This document shows positions 1 through 11,167 of a DNA stretch of 64,000 bases, piece after piece. The stretch is from positions 96,001 to 160,000 of the forward strand of contig CAWBHS010000110.1 in assembly GCA_963788655.1 (NCBI GenBank). Reading direction: 5' to 3'. The notes beneath the pieces are model-generated. The model did no database searches. It saw only the letters and a program-made list of their open reading frames with translations, and had not been told where the DNA came from. Each line of letters opens with the position of its first letter. The first letter of the stretch is position 1. A program made the translations under genes and the position numbers. This stretch comes from an uncultured Verrucomicrobiae bacterium (GTDB lineage Bacteria > Verrucomicrobiota > Verrucomicrobiia > Limisphaerales > JAFGQR01).

Positions 1-1
1 C

Positions 2-337
2 CTGACCCACGTAAAAGACGGGGCGGAAGCGCTGGCCCTGCTCCGGCGCGAGGCCCCCTTTACCATGGCCCTGCGCCCGGACTTGATCCTGCTGGACTTG
101 AATCTGCCGCGCAAAGATGGCCGGCAGGTCTTGGCGGAAATCAAGAACGACGCCCAATTGCGCCGGATCCCGGTGGTCGTGCTGACGACGTCGCAGGCCG
201 AGCAGGACATCCTCCGGGCCTACAATCTGAACGCCAATTGTTACATCACCAAACCCGTGGATTTGGAACAGTTCCTCACGGTGATTCGCAGCATTGAGGA
301 ATTCTGGCTGACCATCGTCAAATTGCCCAACGAGTAA
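2..337 (+). CDS. Single-domain response regulator, Rcp1-like (5' end outside window)
   Basis: Frame is open from base 2 ([11 protein letters not shown]...). [26 protein letters not shown] and ANCYITKP are receiver-domain motifs. Confidence 0.9.
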   Translation: MTHVKDGAEALALLRREAPFTMALRPDLILLDLNLPRKDGRQVLAEIKNDAQLRRIPVVVLTTSQAEQDILRAYNLNANCYITKPVDLEQFLTVIRSIEEFWLTIVKLPNE

Positions 338-348
338 GGCCCCAACTC

Positions 349-2307
349 ATGGAACCCGCTTCCGCCAAGCCAGCCCGCGACGCAAAGTCCTCCGGTGCTC
401 CGCTATCCGCGGCAGCTCCATCGGAGCGACGTGGATTCCTCTCGCCGTTGCGCGTTCGCCTGTCATTGCTGGTTCTGCTGGCCTGGTTGCCGGTCGTGGC
501 CTTGGTGATTGCCTCGTCCTTTTCTGACCGTGCCAAGGCGGCGGCAGCGGCCAAAGAGGATTTGTTACGGACGGTTCACACCGTGGCCCGCCGGCAGCAG
601 GAATACATCGATTCCACCCGTCAATTGCTCCGCGCCTTGGCGCGCTGGCGGTTCCTCGTTCCCGAAAATGCGGATCGCGCCCGCGAACAATTTACGGAGA
701 TTTTGTCCCTGCAAAAAACCTATGCCGACATCGGCGCCATCGATCATGAGGGACGAGTATTCGCCAGTGGCCGGCCCGACATGACCGGTCGGAATCTGGC
801 GGAACGCGCGTTCTTTCGGGAAGCGATGAAACGGAAGAAATTTGTGGATGGTGATTATCATCTGGATCGGGCGACCGGCAAAGCGGTCCTTTGGCTGGCT
901 CACCCGGTCACCAACCACGCGGGTGCAATCAGAGGTTTGGTCTATGCCGCGTTGAATCTGGATTGGATTTATCAATTCGCGCCCCAGGTGGACCTGTTGG
1001 AAAACTCGCACCTGATGGTATTTAACCGGACCGGCACGCTCTTGTTACAGTATCCGGACTCGGATCAGGTCCAGGCAGACGGATCACGAACGAACATGAC
1101 CGGTCTGGTGCAATTCCTGATGGAGGACAACGAGGGATCAGGGTTGGGAGGCAGCCGCACCCAGAACCGGATGGCCTATGCGTACGCTGCGCTGAGCAGC
1201 ACCGGCGGCTTTGCGGATGCCTGGGCGGTCGCTAGCATTCCGGCCGCCACCGTCTTCAGCGGGGCCCACTTGGTGCTGATGCAGAATTTGACGTTTCTGG
1301 GATTTGTCGGAGCGTTGGCGCTGGGGGCGGCGTGGTTTGGTGGGGACGTGTTGGTACTGCAACCGGTCAACACGCTGGCCCAGGCCACCCATAGCATCCG
1401 CGGCGGTAATTTCAAAGTGCGGCCCGATATCAAACATGCGCCGGCCGAATTGGCCGAATTGGCCGAGGATTTCAGCGCGATGGCCCGGTCGCTGGAGGAA
1501 CGCATCGCCGAACGGGAACGGGCCGAAGCCGAACTGCGCCAACTCAACGAGGAATTGGAGCAACGGGTCGCAGCCCGGACGCAGGATCTGAAACGCTCTA
1601 ATGAGGAGTTGGAACAATTCGCCTACGTCGCTTCGCACGATTTGCAGGAGCCCCTGCGCATGGTGATCAGCTACATGCAGTTGTTGCAGCAGCGTTATCA
1701 AGACAAGCTGGATGCCAACGCCGGAGACTTCATTGAGTTTGCCGTGGAGGGCTCGCGGCAGATGCAACGGCTGATCAACGACCTCCTATCGTATTCGCGG
1801 GTAGGCACGCGGCAACGACCGTTGGAACCGACGGACATGGAACGGGTCCTGGAACGGACGCTTACCAATTTGAAAGTGGCCCTCGAGGAAAGCGAGGCGG
1901 TGATCACGCACGACCCGCTGCCGGTCGTGCTGGGCGACGCCACGCAACTAGGCCAGTTGTTGCAAAACCTGATTGGCAACGCGATCAAGTTCCGCGGCTC
2001 GCATGCGTGTCGCGTCAACGTATCCGCGCGCCGGAGGGAATCTTGCGGCGGCGCTGGAAGGGAAACCGCCCCGCTCTGGGAATTTGCCATCCAGGACAAT
2101 GGGATTGGGATTGCGCCGGGGGATTATGAACGGATATTTGTCATTTTCCAACGGTTGCACAGCCGCGGGAAATACTCGGGCACCGGGATTGGCCTGGCGA
2201 TCTGCAAAAAGATTGTGGAACGACACGGCGGATGCATTTGGCCGGAGTCCGAGTTGGGCAAAGGCGCGCGCCTGTGTTTTACCCTGCCTGGCGTGCGGGC
2301 AGCCTGA
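349..2307 (+). CDS. Membrane sensor histidine kinase (Cache-like periplasmic domain, HAMP, HisKA, HATPase)
   Basis: Two hydrophobic helices, H-box FAYVASHDLQEPLR, N-box QNLIGNAIKF, G-boxes DNGIGI and GTGIGLAICKKIVERHGG. Confidence 0.92.
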   Translation: MEPASAKPARDAKSSGAPLSAAAPSERRGFLSPLRVRLSLLVLLAWLPVVALVIASSFSDRAKAAAAAKEDLLRTVHTVARRQQEYIDSTRQLLRALARWRFLVPENADRAREQFTEILSLQKTYADIGAIDHEGRVFASGRPDMTGRNLAERAFFREAMKRKKFVDGDYHLDRATGKAVLWLAHPVTNHAGAIRGLVYAALNLDWIYQFAPQVDLLENSHLMVFNRTGTLLLQYPDSDQVQADGSRTNMTGLVQFLMEDNEGSGLGGSRTQNRMAYAYAALSSTGGFADAWAVASIPAATVFSGAHLVLMQNLTFLGFVGALALGAAWFGGDVLVLQPVNTLAQATHSIRGGNFKVRPDIKHAPAELAELAEDFSAMARSLEERIAERERAEAELRQLNEELEQRVAARTQDLKRSNEELEQFAYVASHDLQEPLRMVISYMQLLQQRYQDKLDANAGDFIEFAVEGSRQMQRLINDLLSYSRVGTRQRPLEPTDMERVLERTLTNLKVALEESEAVITHDPLPVVLGDATQLGQLLQNLIGNAIKFRGSHACRVNVSARRRESCGGAGRETAPLWEFAIQDNGIGIAPGDYERIFVIFQRLHSRGKYSGTGIGLAICKKIVERHGGCIWPESELGKGARLCFTLPGVRAA

Positions 2308-2400
2308 CGCTTCGTCCGCGGCGCCTGCGTTGGGCCTGCCAACTAAAGGGTGGAAACTCCACGGGAAAAGGGTATCGTGCGGCAACACCATAATCTGGCG

Positions 2401-4428
2401 ATGAAGGCTACTACGGTGACGGGAAAAATACGGGTATTATTGATCGAAGACAGTCCCGGGGACGCGCGCTTGATGCGCGAGTATCTCGCAGACCCGGACG
2501 GAGAAATCTTTGAACTGGGGCACGTCAACAACCTGGCTGAAGGCTTGAAAAGCCTGGAGCAAGGCAACATCGGCTTGGTGCTGTTGGATTTGTCACTGCC
2601 CGATTGCCATGGGATCGCCACGTTCACTAAAACCAAAACGTGTGCTCCGGATGTGCCCATCATCGTTTTGAGCGGTAGGGATGACGAGGCGCTGGCGATG
2701 CGCACAGTCCATGAAGGCGCTCAGGATTATCTGGTCAAAGGGCAGGTGGACAGCCGGCTGTTGCTCCGCGCGATGCGCTACGCTATTGAACGAAAACGCG
2801 CCGAGGAAGCCCTGGCCAAGGAGCGGGATCTGCTGCACACGCTGTTGAACAGCCTGCCGGATCGGATTTATTTCAAAGACCGCAACAGCCGCTTCATTCG
2901 GATCAGTCGCGCTGTGGCGGAGCAATTCAAGATCAAGGATCCGCGCGAAGCGCTGGGCAAAACCGACCGCGATTTCTTCCTGCTGGAACACGCGCAAGCG
3001 GCCTTGACCGATGAACAGAAAATCATCCGCACGGGCGAAGCCATCTTGAATAAGATCGAGCGCGAAACTCTAGCCGACGGAAAGATTACTTGGGCGCTGA
3101 CTTCGAAGCTGCCGTTGAAGAACAAACGCGGCCGTATCATTGGCAGTTTCGGGATTTCCCGCGACATTACCGAGATCAAGCAAATCGAGGCGGCCCTCGG
3201 TGCCGAGCGGAATTTGCTGCGTAACTTGATTGATAATCTGCCGGACTACATCTACGTCAAAGATCGCGCGGGATGTTACCAAATCGACAACATTGCGCAT
3301 CGGCGTTTCTTGGGGGTCGAGAAGCTGGATGACGTAGTGGGCAAAACCGACGCGGATTTCTTTCCGCTGGAAACGGCCGAACAATTTCGACAAGACGAAC
3401 AAACGGTTTTCGAAACCGGCCATCCCGTGCTCAACCGTGAAGAACCGGTCATCGATCGCTCCGGCACGGCCCGATGGCATTCGACGACCAAGGTTGCGCT
3501 GCGCGATTACGAAGGCAAAATCACCGGACTGGTCTGCATCAGCCGCGACATCACCGAACGCAAGTTGTCGGAAGAACAGTTGCGTCAGGCCTACGCCGAT
3601 CTGGCGCAGAGCAAGGAACAACTTCAACAAACGCTCGATGAATTGAAGAAATCCCACGAAGAACTCAAGGCCGCCCAATCGTATCTCATCGAAGCGGAGA
3701 AGATGCAGACCGTGGGCCGGTTGGCGGCCGGCGTGGCACACGAAGTCAAGAATCCCTTGGGCATCCTGGGCATGGGCGTCGAGTACTTGGCCAAGTGCCT
3801 GGATAACGCCGATCCCAACGTGGCGCCCGTATTGACCGACATGAAGGAGGCCATCAGCCGTGCGGACTCAATTATTTTGGGCTTGCTCGATTTTTCCGTG
3901 CCGCGCGACTTGAACGCCCGGGCCGAAGATTTGACCGCGCTGTTGGAACAAACCCTCACGATGGTACGTCACGAAATGTCCCTGGTGCCCATTCAATTAG
4001 TCAAGGAGTTGGCTGCAGACCTACCGCGGTTATGGCTGGATCGGAACAAAATTATTTCCGTTTTCGTGAATCTCCTGACCAACGCCATCCATGCGATGAG
4101 CGTCGATGGCGGCACCCTGACAGTTCGTACCTACGCCACCGAGTTACAGGCCCGGGAAACTGACCGGGATGCCGGTTTGCGGAGCGGCGAGCGGTTCCGG
4201 GCGGGGGATAAGGTGGTGGTCGCCGAGGTTCTGGATACCGGCAAAGGGATTCCAGAAGAAAAGCTGGCGCAGATTTTCGAACCGTTCTTTACCACCAAGC
4301 CCACCGGTAAGGGCACCGGATTGGGTTTGACGGTCACCAAGCGTATCATTGAAATGCACGGCGGCAGTATTGAAATCCGCAATCGCCAAGAAAACGGGGC
4401 GCAAGTCAGAGTCATGTTCCGAGCCTGA
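2401..4428 (+). CDS. Hybrid kinase REC-PAS-PAS-HisKA-HATPase
   Basis: VLLIEDS...LLDLSLPD receiver, two IYxKD...GISRDITE PAS/PAC units, AGVAHEVKNPL H-box, FFTTKPTGKGTGLGL. Start could alternatively be the GTG at 2350. Confidence 0.92.
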   Translation: MKATTVTGKIRVLLIEDSPGDARLMREYLADPDGEIFELGHVNNLAEGLKSLEQGNIGLVLLDLSLPDCHGIATFTKTKTCAPDVPIIVLSGRDDEALAMRTVHEGAQDYLVKGQVDSRLLLRAMRYAIERKRAEEALAKERDLLHTLLNSLPDRIYFKDRNSRFIRISRAVAEQFKIKDPREALGKTDRDFFLLEHAQAALTDEQKIIRTGEAILNKIERETLADGKITWALTSKLPLKNKRGRIIGSFGISRDITEIKQIEAALGAERNLLRNLIDNLPDYIYVKDRAGCYQIDNIAHRRFLGVEKLDDVVGKTDADFFPLETAEQFRQDEQTVFETGHPVLNREEPVIDRSGTARWHSTTKVALRDYEGKITGLVCISRDITERKLSEEQLRQAYADLAQSKEQLQQTLDELKKSHEELKAAQSYLIEAEKMQTVGRLAAGVAHEVKNPLGILGMGVEYLAKCLDNADPNVAPVLTDMKEAISRADSIILGLLDFSVPRDLNARAEDLTALLEQTLTMVRHEMSLVPIQLVKELAADLPRLWLDRNKIISVFVNLLTNAIHAMSVDGGTLTVRTYATELQARETDRDAGLRSGERFRAGDKVVVAEVLDTGKGIPEEKLAQIFEPFFTTKPTGKGTGLGLTVTKRIIEMHGGSIEIRNRQENGAQVRVMFRA

Positions 4429-4557
4429 CCGCCTGAAACGGCACCTTCCGGCGATCTGCGAAAAGTGGACCCTGGGATCAGGGGCATTCGCCGCAAGGAG
4501 GGCCAATGAGAATGAGTTGACTGCTTCTGTGAAAGTGGTATCACGTGGATCAGCGGC

Positions 4558-4959
4558 ATGGATAAGAAGCGCATATTGATTATTGACGATGAACCGAGCT
4601 TCACGCGAATGGTAAAGCTCAATCTCGAAAAGACCGGGAGTTTCGATGTTCGTGAGGAGAACAAAGCCACGTATGCGCTGGCCGCTGCCCGCGAATTCAA
4701 GCCCGATTTGATATTGTTGGACGTCATCATGCCTACCATGGATGGAGGCGATGTGGCAGCTCAGCTCGAGAATGATAAATCGCTGCAAGGCACGCCGATT
4801 GTGTATTTGACTGCCACTGTTTCCCGCCGGGAAGCAGGTATCGGCGGCTTGAACAGCGGGGGGTCGCTTTTCTTGGCCAAACCAGTGAGTCTGGAACACC
4901 TCATCAAGTGCATCAACGAAAACGCCAAGAAAACTGAGGAATCGGAAGAAACGCCTTAG
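4558..4959 (+). CDS. Single-domain response regulator
   Basis: ILIIDDE, PDLILLDVIMPTMDG, FLAKP. Confidence 0.9.
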   Translation: MDKKRILIIDDEPSFTRMVKLNLEKTGSFDVREENKATYALAAAREFKPDLILLDVIMPTMDGGDVAAQLENDKSLQGTPIVYLTATVSRREAGIGGLNSGGSLFLAKPVSLEHLIKCINENAKKTEESEETP

Positions 4960-5041
4960 GGCATGGTTTCTGACATCGGGGATGACCACTTACTTCGTCG
5001 TTTAGAAGCAGCCAAAAATCGCGAGCGAGATGGTACAATCA

Positions 5042-5067
5042 AATGGGCCGGACGAATCCGGCCCATT
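5042..5067. terminator. Perfect 11-bp stem hairpin between convergent genes; possible terminator
   Basis: aatgggccgga-cgaa-tccggcccatt. There is no long U-tract. Confidence 0.4.
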
Positions 5068-5451
5068 GGTGATAAGGTCGTATACGCCTTCACCCAGGCG
5101 CTCAGAAGGGTAGTGAGGCCAACTTTCCTACTCGCTGTTCGAACCTCACTACAAGCAAGACCTTTCTGCCAACCCTAAACGAACAGCGAAATCTTTCGCT
5201 CATAGAATAAGATAGTCACAAACCTGATTTTGTTCAAAATAATTTCATGACTCCAGAGCAAGTAGCTGGTTTTAAAGTCATTACGACTAAAGATTTCTCC
5301 AATGACTCGATGGATATTGATGGTCTGGCGGGTCATATAATTGTTCAAGGGTCACCTGAAATAATCACAATTCTCATCGTGGATTGCCCGATCTCGAAGC
5401 AAGATTCTCCGGCTAGCAGCAATCCAGCTATTCCTTCGATTGCAGTTCCGT

Positions 5452-7013
5452 TCAGGCTTTCGGCTGCGGGTGCCGCCAAACATGGCCATCAGACTCGAGC
5501 AAGGCCTCCGCAGCTTTGGGACCCCAAGTGCCGGCGGTATAGAACTCATCTTTACGAGAGTCCGATTGTCCCACCCTTGGCGAATGGGATCGACAATGTT
5601 CCAGGCAGCTTCGACTTCGTCCCGACGGAGAAATAGTGTCGGATCGCCTCCCATGGCCTCGAGCAAAAGCCGTTCGTAGGCCTCAGGAGTGTAGGCTCCG
5701 AATTCCGAGTCATAACTGAAATGCATGCGCACTGGCCGCAACTGCATCGTTGGCCCCGGAATCTTCCCGTTGAAACGGAGGGATATGCCCTCATTGGGCT
5801 GCAAACGCAACGTAATCGAATTGGCGTCTAAACGGGGGCCGCATTGAGCGGCAAACAAGACGTGGGGGGTTTCGCAGAATTGCACGCGGACTTCGCTGGC
5901 GCTAACCGGAAGATTCTTGCCGGTGCGCAGATAGAAAGGCACGCCGGACCAGCGCCAATTGTCGATGAACAGCTTCAAGGCGACATACGTTTCCACATTG
6001 GAATCCGGACGCACTTTTGGCTCCTCACGATAAGCGGCTCGAGGGTTCCCATTGATCGTTCCAGTGGTGTATTGGCCGCGCACGACCGCACTTGGAACGT
6101 GCTCCGCGTCGAGGATGCGAATGGAGCGAAGCAATTTGACCTTTTCGTCACGGATTGCTTCCGCTTCCAGTGACGTGGGCGGCTCCATGGCCACCAACGC
6201 CAGCACCTGCAACAAATGATTCTGAACCACGTCACGCAAGGCTCCCGTTTCCTCATAGAAACCGCCGCGCGCGCCAACGCCAAATGTCTCGCTCAGGATG
6301 ATTTGCACATGGTCCACCATTTGGCGGTGCCAGAGATTTTCGAAAATCGCGTTGGAGAACCGGAACATCAGGATGTTTTGGATCGTTTCTTTGCCCAGAT
6401 AATGATCGATGCGAAAGATCTGCTTTTCATTCGCAAACCGGGTGAACACCTCATTAAGTTCACGGGCCGAAGTTAGGTCATGTCCAAAGGGCTTCTCAAC
6501 CACCACGCGCTGCCAGGAACCGCCGGTTTCACCCTTGGCCAGCAGGCCAGACTGAGCAAGGTTCTCGATGATGGTGGCGAACTGGCTGGGTTGGGTGGCA
6601 AGATAGAACAGCAGGTTCTTCTGCAAGGATTCCGGTTGGAATCGCTTCAGCGTATGGCCCAGGTTCGTGTAGGCCTCGGTTTCGTTGAGGTCACCCCGGC
6701 AATAAGAAACAAGCTGCGCAAAATCATCCCATTGCCGGGGATCAATTGGCTTGGTTCGGGAGAACTGTTCCAACGCCCCTCGCAGTTCCTCACGCCATTG
6801 CGCGTCGGATTTTTCGCGCCGGGCAAAGCCCACGATCCGAACTGGCGTGGGTAATTGCCGGCCAATGAACAGATGGTACAGCGCCGGAATCAATTTGCGG
6901 GCCGTGAGATCTCCACTGGCACCAAAGATTACGATGGTACACGGTTCGAGGTTTTTTTGGCGGGTGTCCAGCCGGCATACCAATAGCTCATCCAATGGAT
7001 CAATGTATTTCAT
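5452..7013 (-). CDS. zwf: Glucose-6-phosphate 1-dehydrogenase (1-nt indel near 5555)
   Basis: IFGASGDLTARKL, RIDHYLGKE, WSGVPFYLRTGK. The canonical C-terminus DEFYTAGTWGPKAAEALLESDGHVWR continues in another frame to a stop at 5452. Confidence 0.93.
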
Positions 7014-7093
7014 CCGCGAAACACCTTCGCCAGTTTCGCACGAAATAGCAATCCCCGATGCGGGAAGACGAGCATTGAGCCGGGGAAAGTCTG

Positions 7094-7726
7094 TTATCGG
7101 GACAGTAGGCCAACGACCTGCCGGCGATCAATGGCACCGTAAGTGCGGCTGTCTTCGCTGATGCCGCGATTGTCCCCGAGCACGAAATACTGGTGGTCAC
7201 CCAGAACCACATACATTTGCTTGGAAAAGGGACAATCCGTCCGGGTGCCCGGCAGGAGATAAGGCTCTTGCTGCTGGGCACCGTTCAAATACACCGCGCC
7301 ATCCTTGACCTCGACCGTTTCGCCGGGCATGCCGACGATGCGTTTGACCGCATAATCCTGGTGGCCCGGATCCCGAATCACCACTAATTCGTCTCGTTGC
7401 GGCTCCCGGTAGTGGTAGCTGAGGCGGTTAAGGATGCACCGATCACCGTCCCGAAGCGTCGGCATCATGCTGCGGCCTTGAACGACGACAGCGGTTACCA
7501 CGTAACGGCTGACGAGATGATAACTGACCAGCGAGAAGATCAACAACCAGGCCAACACCAGAAGCTGACGCCGACATTCGACGAACACCGTTGACGGTTC
7601 CTGGCTTCGTATCGCTCTCGGTCTCCCCGGCACTATTGGATACGACACAGAAGTGGTCCTGGGAGGAAGGCTTGGGCCTTCCTCCCAGGTTTTTCTTTTT
7701 TTTGGTTGGGTCGGCAGAGAAATCAT
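7094..7726 (-). CDS. lepB: Signal peptidase I
   Basis: TM helix, then catalytic Ser (QGRSMMPTL), Lys (AVKRIVGMPGE) and box E (YFVLGDNRGISEDSR). Start uncertain; ATG at 7726 chosen. Confidence 0.88.
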   Translation of the reverse strand: MISLPTQPKKRKTWEEGPSLPPRTTSVSYPIVPGRPRAIRSQEPSTVFVECRRQLLVLAWLLIFSLVSYHLVSRYVVTAVVVQGRSMMPTLRDGDRCILNRLSYHYREPQRDELVVIRDPGHQDYAVKRIVGMPGETVEVKDGAVYLNGAQQQEPYLLPGTRTDCPFSKQMYVVLGDHQYFVLGDNRGISEDSRTYGAIDRRQVVGLLSR

Positions 7727-8174
7727 CGCAACATACGTTTCAACAGCGGTTTCTAATGTGTGCCTTACAGGTACAATTGCCGCGGGGAATGGACAATCAG
7801 GACAACTACCTCGAGGCGGGATGGTGGAATTACACACTTCGAAACAGGGGATTCCCTGGGATTTCCCGCGCCCTTGTAAAGGAGCCCAAGGAACAAGCGA
7901 TACAGACAACTTCGCCTCGAACGCAGGTTTTTCTTCTGCCCGCAGAAAAGGGCGAATGCGTTGGGTACGCAACGTCTTGCGCCAGGCCGGCCGTTACCGG
8001 ATTCAGGACATGCTGAGGAACCAGTCGTTTGCATACGGCCCGCGTCTCCCATTTGTGGCAATCAGTATGGCCGCGCGCCCGAAGCTGACGGGATGTCTGA
8101 ACATTTTGCCTTTCACGAAATGCCGGCACTTTTAGCAGATGACGTTGGTGGCGGCCTGCGGCTAAGATCGCAAC

Positions 8175-9506
8175 GTGAAGGCAACGACCAACCAGTCTTT
8201 ATTGCGGGTGGTCGCCCGGAGTTTCGTGGCGACCGTCTGGCCGATGGCGTCGCCGAACGATTCGGAGATTCAGCGCCGGCAGAAGGTGGCCGTCCGTAGC
8301 GGTCAGTTGGCGATGGTGGCCATGGTGGGAACCGCCGTGGCCGGCACGGCACTTACGAATTCTCAGACGTTTTCCGGATGGCAACTCCTGGCTCTGGCCG
8401 GGGCGAGCCTCGTTTACATCGGTTGGAGTCTGCACGGAATGCGCGATGCGGTCCGGTCCATGTTGGGCCATCCAGGCGCGCCCACCAATATCGCTGGGTC
8501 GGGCCGGGCCCCGGCTGGAGCGGTGCCTTACTTCACCCTGCAACTGGGTTTGGCGGGGCTGGTGTATTATCTGGGCGACCAAGGAAACGTGGCTCCGTTG
8601 CTGTGGCTGGTGTTGCTGCCGCCGGTGGCGCACAGTGTCATCTTGCTGCGTGGACCGGGTATCGCCGTGGTTTCGGTTCTCAGCATGGCAATTCTCATCT
8701 TCAACCAGCTCTATTGGCACGGGTGGCAATGGGTGCCGAACGCCGGGTTGGCATTTTCCTCCGCGGTGTTGTTTACGCTGGTGTTCACGTTGCTGGCGGT
8801 GAGTTCCGAAAAAGCCCGTGGCGAAGTGCAGCGACTCGCGGGCGAATTGGGTGAAGCCAATCGCAAGTTGCGCGAATACGCCGTGCAAGCCGAGGAACTG
8901 GCCGCCACGCGCGAACGCAATCGGCTGGCCCGGGAAATCCATGACAGCCTCGGACATTACTTGACGGTGGCCAACGTGCAGCTCGAGGCGGCCCGCGCGT
9001 TACACACCCGCGAACCGATGCGCGCTCACGACGCGCTGGTCAAAGCGCAGTCGCTCATTCAAGAAGGGTTGCAGCAGATCCGCCATTCGGTGGCGACGTT
9101 GCGTACTTCACCACTGGACAACCAACCTTTGGCCGAAGCGTTGCGGCAGATGGTGGAGGAAAGCTGCACCAGCGGACTGGCCGCGGAAATGGTGGTCCGC
9201 GGCGCGGTTCGTTACTTGCCAGCACCGGCCGAGCTGACGCTCTATCGGGCGGGGCAGGAAGGGCTTACCAACGTACGCAAACACGCGCAAACGGGCCGCG
9301 CCCAATTGGTGTTGGATTATCAGGATTCGGCGAAGGTACGCCTGAGTGTCAGCGACGAAGGAGCGGGAGCAACGGACGGTGCCGCCAGCGCGAGTGGCTT
9401 TGGTCTGCTCGGTTTGCGCGAGCGGGCGCAACTTCTAGGCGGCGAAGTCCGGGTGCGGACGGCGCCCGGGGCGGGATTCACGCTGGAAGTTGAGGTGCCC
9501 GGTTAA
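8175..9506 (+). CDS. Membrane sensor kinase, HisKA_3 (NarX/DesK-like)
   Basis: Multiple TM helices, ERNRLAREIHDSLGHYLT, QEGLTNVRKHA, GFGLLGLRERAQLLGG. Confidence 0.92.
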   Translation: MKATTNQSLLRVVARSFVATVWPMASPNDSEIQRRQKVAVRSGQLAMVAMVGTAVAGTALTNSQTFSGWQLLALAGASLVYIGWSLHGMRDAVRSMLGHPGAPTNIAGSGRAPAGAVPYFTLQLGLAGLVYYLGDQGNVAPLLWLVLLPPVAHSVILLRGPGIAVVSVLSMAILIFNQLYWHGWQWVPNAGLAFSSAVLFTLVFTLLAVSSEKARGEVQRLAGELGEANRKLREYAVQAEELAATRERNRLAREIHDSLGHYLTVANVQLEAARALHTREPMRAHDALVKAQSLIQEGLQQIRHSVATLRTSPLDNQPLAEALRQMVEESCTSGLAAEMVVRGAVRYLPAPAELTLYRAGQEGLTNVRKHAQTGRAQLVLDYQDSAKVRLSVSDEGAGATDGAASASGFGLLGLRERAQLLGGEVRVRTAPGAGFTLEVEVPG

Positions 9507-9513
9507 TGACCTT

Positions 9514-10179
9514 ATGAAAACGACTTCCGAACCCATTCGCCTCCTGTTGGTGGACGATCAAGCGTTGTTCCGCGAGGGACTGCGAACGCTGTTGTCCGTG
9601 CAGTCGGATTTGGAGGTCGTGGGTGAAGCGGCCAATGGTGAGGAAGCGGTGCAGCGGGTGCAGACGTTGCAGCCCCAGGTCGTCCTGATGGATTTGCGCA
9701 TGCCACGGCTCGGTGGCGTGGAAGCCACCCGGCGGGTGCGCGCCGCGGCTCCCGAAGTTCAAGTCATCGTGCTCACCACGTTTGACGACGACGAGGAAGT
9801 GTTCGACGCGTTGCGCGCCGGCGCGGTGGGCTACCTGTTGAAAGATGCGCCATCGGAAAAACTGGTCGAAGCCATCCGTGCGGCGGCCCGCGGCGAGTCC
9901 TTCCTGCAACCATCGATTGCCGCCAAAGTGGTGGCCGAATTCAACCGGTTGTCTCGCACGCGCCCGCCGGCCAATGCCACCTTGGTGGAACCGCTATCTG
10001 ACCGCGAGTGTGAAGTGCTCCGCCACCTGGCTTCGGGCAAGAGCAACAAGGAAATCGCCGCGGCCTTGGACTTGGCGGAAGGCACGGTAAAGAACCACAT
10101 GACCAATATTCTGGGCAAGCTGGGCGTGCTGGACCGCACCCAAGCCGCCCTCAAAGCGCGTGAATTGGGATTGATTTGA
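9514..10179 (+). CDS. NarL/LuxR-family response regulator
   Basis: LLVDDQALFREGL, VLMDLRMP, LSDRECEVL...SNKEIA...TVKNHMTNILGKL. Confidence 0.95.
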   Translation: MKTTSEPIRLLLVDDQALFREGLRTLLSVQSDLEVVGEAANGEEAVQRVQTLQPQVVLMDLRMPRLGGVEATRRVRAAAPEVQVIVLTTFDDDEEVFDALRAGAVGYLLKDAPSEKLVEAIRAAARGESFLQPSIAAKVVAEFNRLSRTRPPANATLVEPLSDRECEVLRHLASGKSNKEIAAALDLAEGTVKNHMTNILGKLGVLDRTQAALKARELGLI

Positions 10180-10230
10180 AGGAACGACAAATGGTCAAAC
10201 ACGTCATCCATCCGCCTCGGAACATCCATC

Positions 10231-11160
10231 ATGATTGAGGTCATCGGCCTACAAAAGCGGTACCACGAACTGTGGGCGGTGAACGACATCCAGTTCGAAG
10301 CCCGGCCCGGCGAGATCTTCGGTTTGCTGGGGCCCAATGGCGCCGGCAAGACAACCACCATCGGGTGCATCTCAGGCTTGCTGGAGCCGACCGCCGGACA
10401 GGTTCGCGTGTTGGGGCACGACCTCGCACAGGAGGGGCGCGAAGCGCGGAAGCACTTGGGCTTTGTCCCGCAGGAACTGGCGCTCTACGAAGATTTGTCC
10501 GCCACGGAAAACCTGGTGTTTTGGGGCGGGGCGTACGAGATGCGTGGAGCCGCCCTCACCGAGCGGGTTCACGAAGTACTGAACGCCGTGGGGCTTTTGG
10601 ATCGAGCCAAGGAGCCAGTCAAACGCTTCAGTGGCGGCATGAAACGCCGGTTGAATTTCGCGTGCGGGGTTTTACACCGACCGCAAGTCCTCTTGCTGGA
10701 CGAGCCGACCGCCGGTGTCGATCCGCAATCGCGCGTGCGGTTGCTCGAGCTGGTGCGCGCGGAAGCCGCCCGCGGCGCCTGCGTGCTCTACACCACCCAT
10801 TACATGGAAGAGGCCGAAAGCTTGTGCGACCGTCTCGCCGTCATGGATCAGGGGAAAATCATCGCCGCGGGCACCCTGGCCGAACTCCGGCAGATGGTGG
10901 GGGAAAATGATGTGTTGTTGTTCCAAGGTACTTTTGATCCGGCTCCGGTCCGGGACGCGCTCCAAACAATTGACGGCGTGCAGGTCTTGCAGGCCGAACC
11001 CGATTCGTTACGCCTGGCGCTCCGCGATGCCTCACGCAAGTTGGCCGATGTGTTCCACGCCCTGGCCGCCGCTCACGCCACCGTGCGGGAAACGACGCTC
11101 ACCCAGCCCAACCTGGAAAGTCTGTTCATCACACTAACCGGTCGCAAACTTCGCGAATAA
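10231..11160 (+). CDS. ABC transporter ATP-binding subunit (DrrA/LnrL-like exporter)
   Basis: Walker A GPNGAGKTT, signature FSGGMKRRL, Walker B LLLDEPT, TTHYMEEAE. Confidence 0.95.
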   Translation: MIEVIGLQKRYHELWAVNDIQFEARPGEIFGLLGPNGAGKTTTIGCISGLLEPTAGQVRVLGHDLAQEGREARKHLGFVPQELALYEDLSATENLVFWGGAYEMRGAALTERVHEVLNAVGLLDRAKEPVKRFSGGMKRRLNFACGVLHRPQVLLLDEPTAGVDPQSRVRLLELVRAEAARGACVLYTTHYMEEAESLCDRLAVMDQGKIIAAGTLAELRQMVGENDVLLFQGTFDPAPVRDALQTIDGVQVLQAEPDSLRLALRDASRKLADVFHALAAAHATVRETTLTQPNLESLFITLTGRKLRE

Positions 11161-11167
11161 TCCCGCC

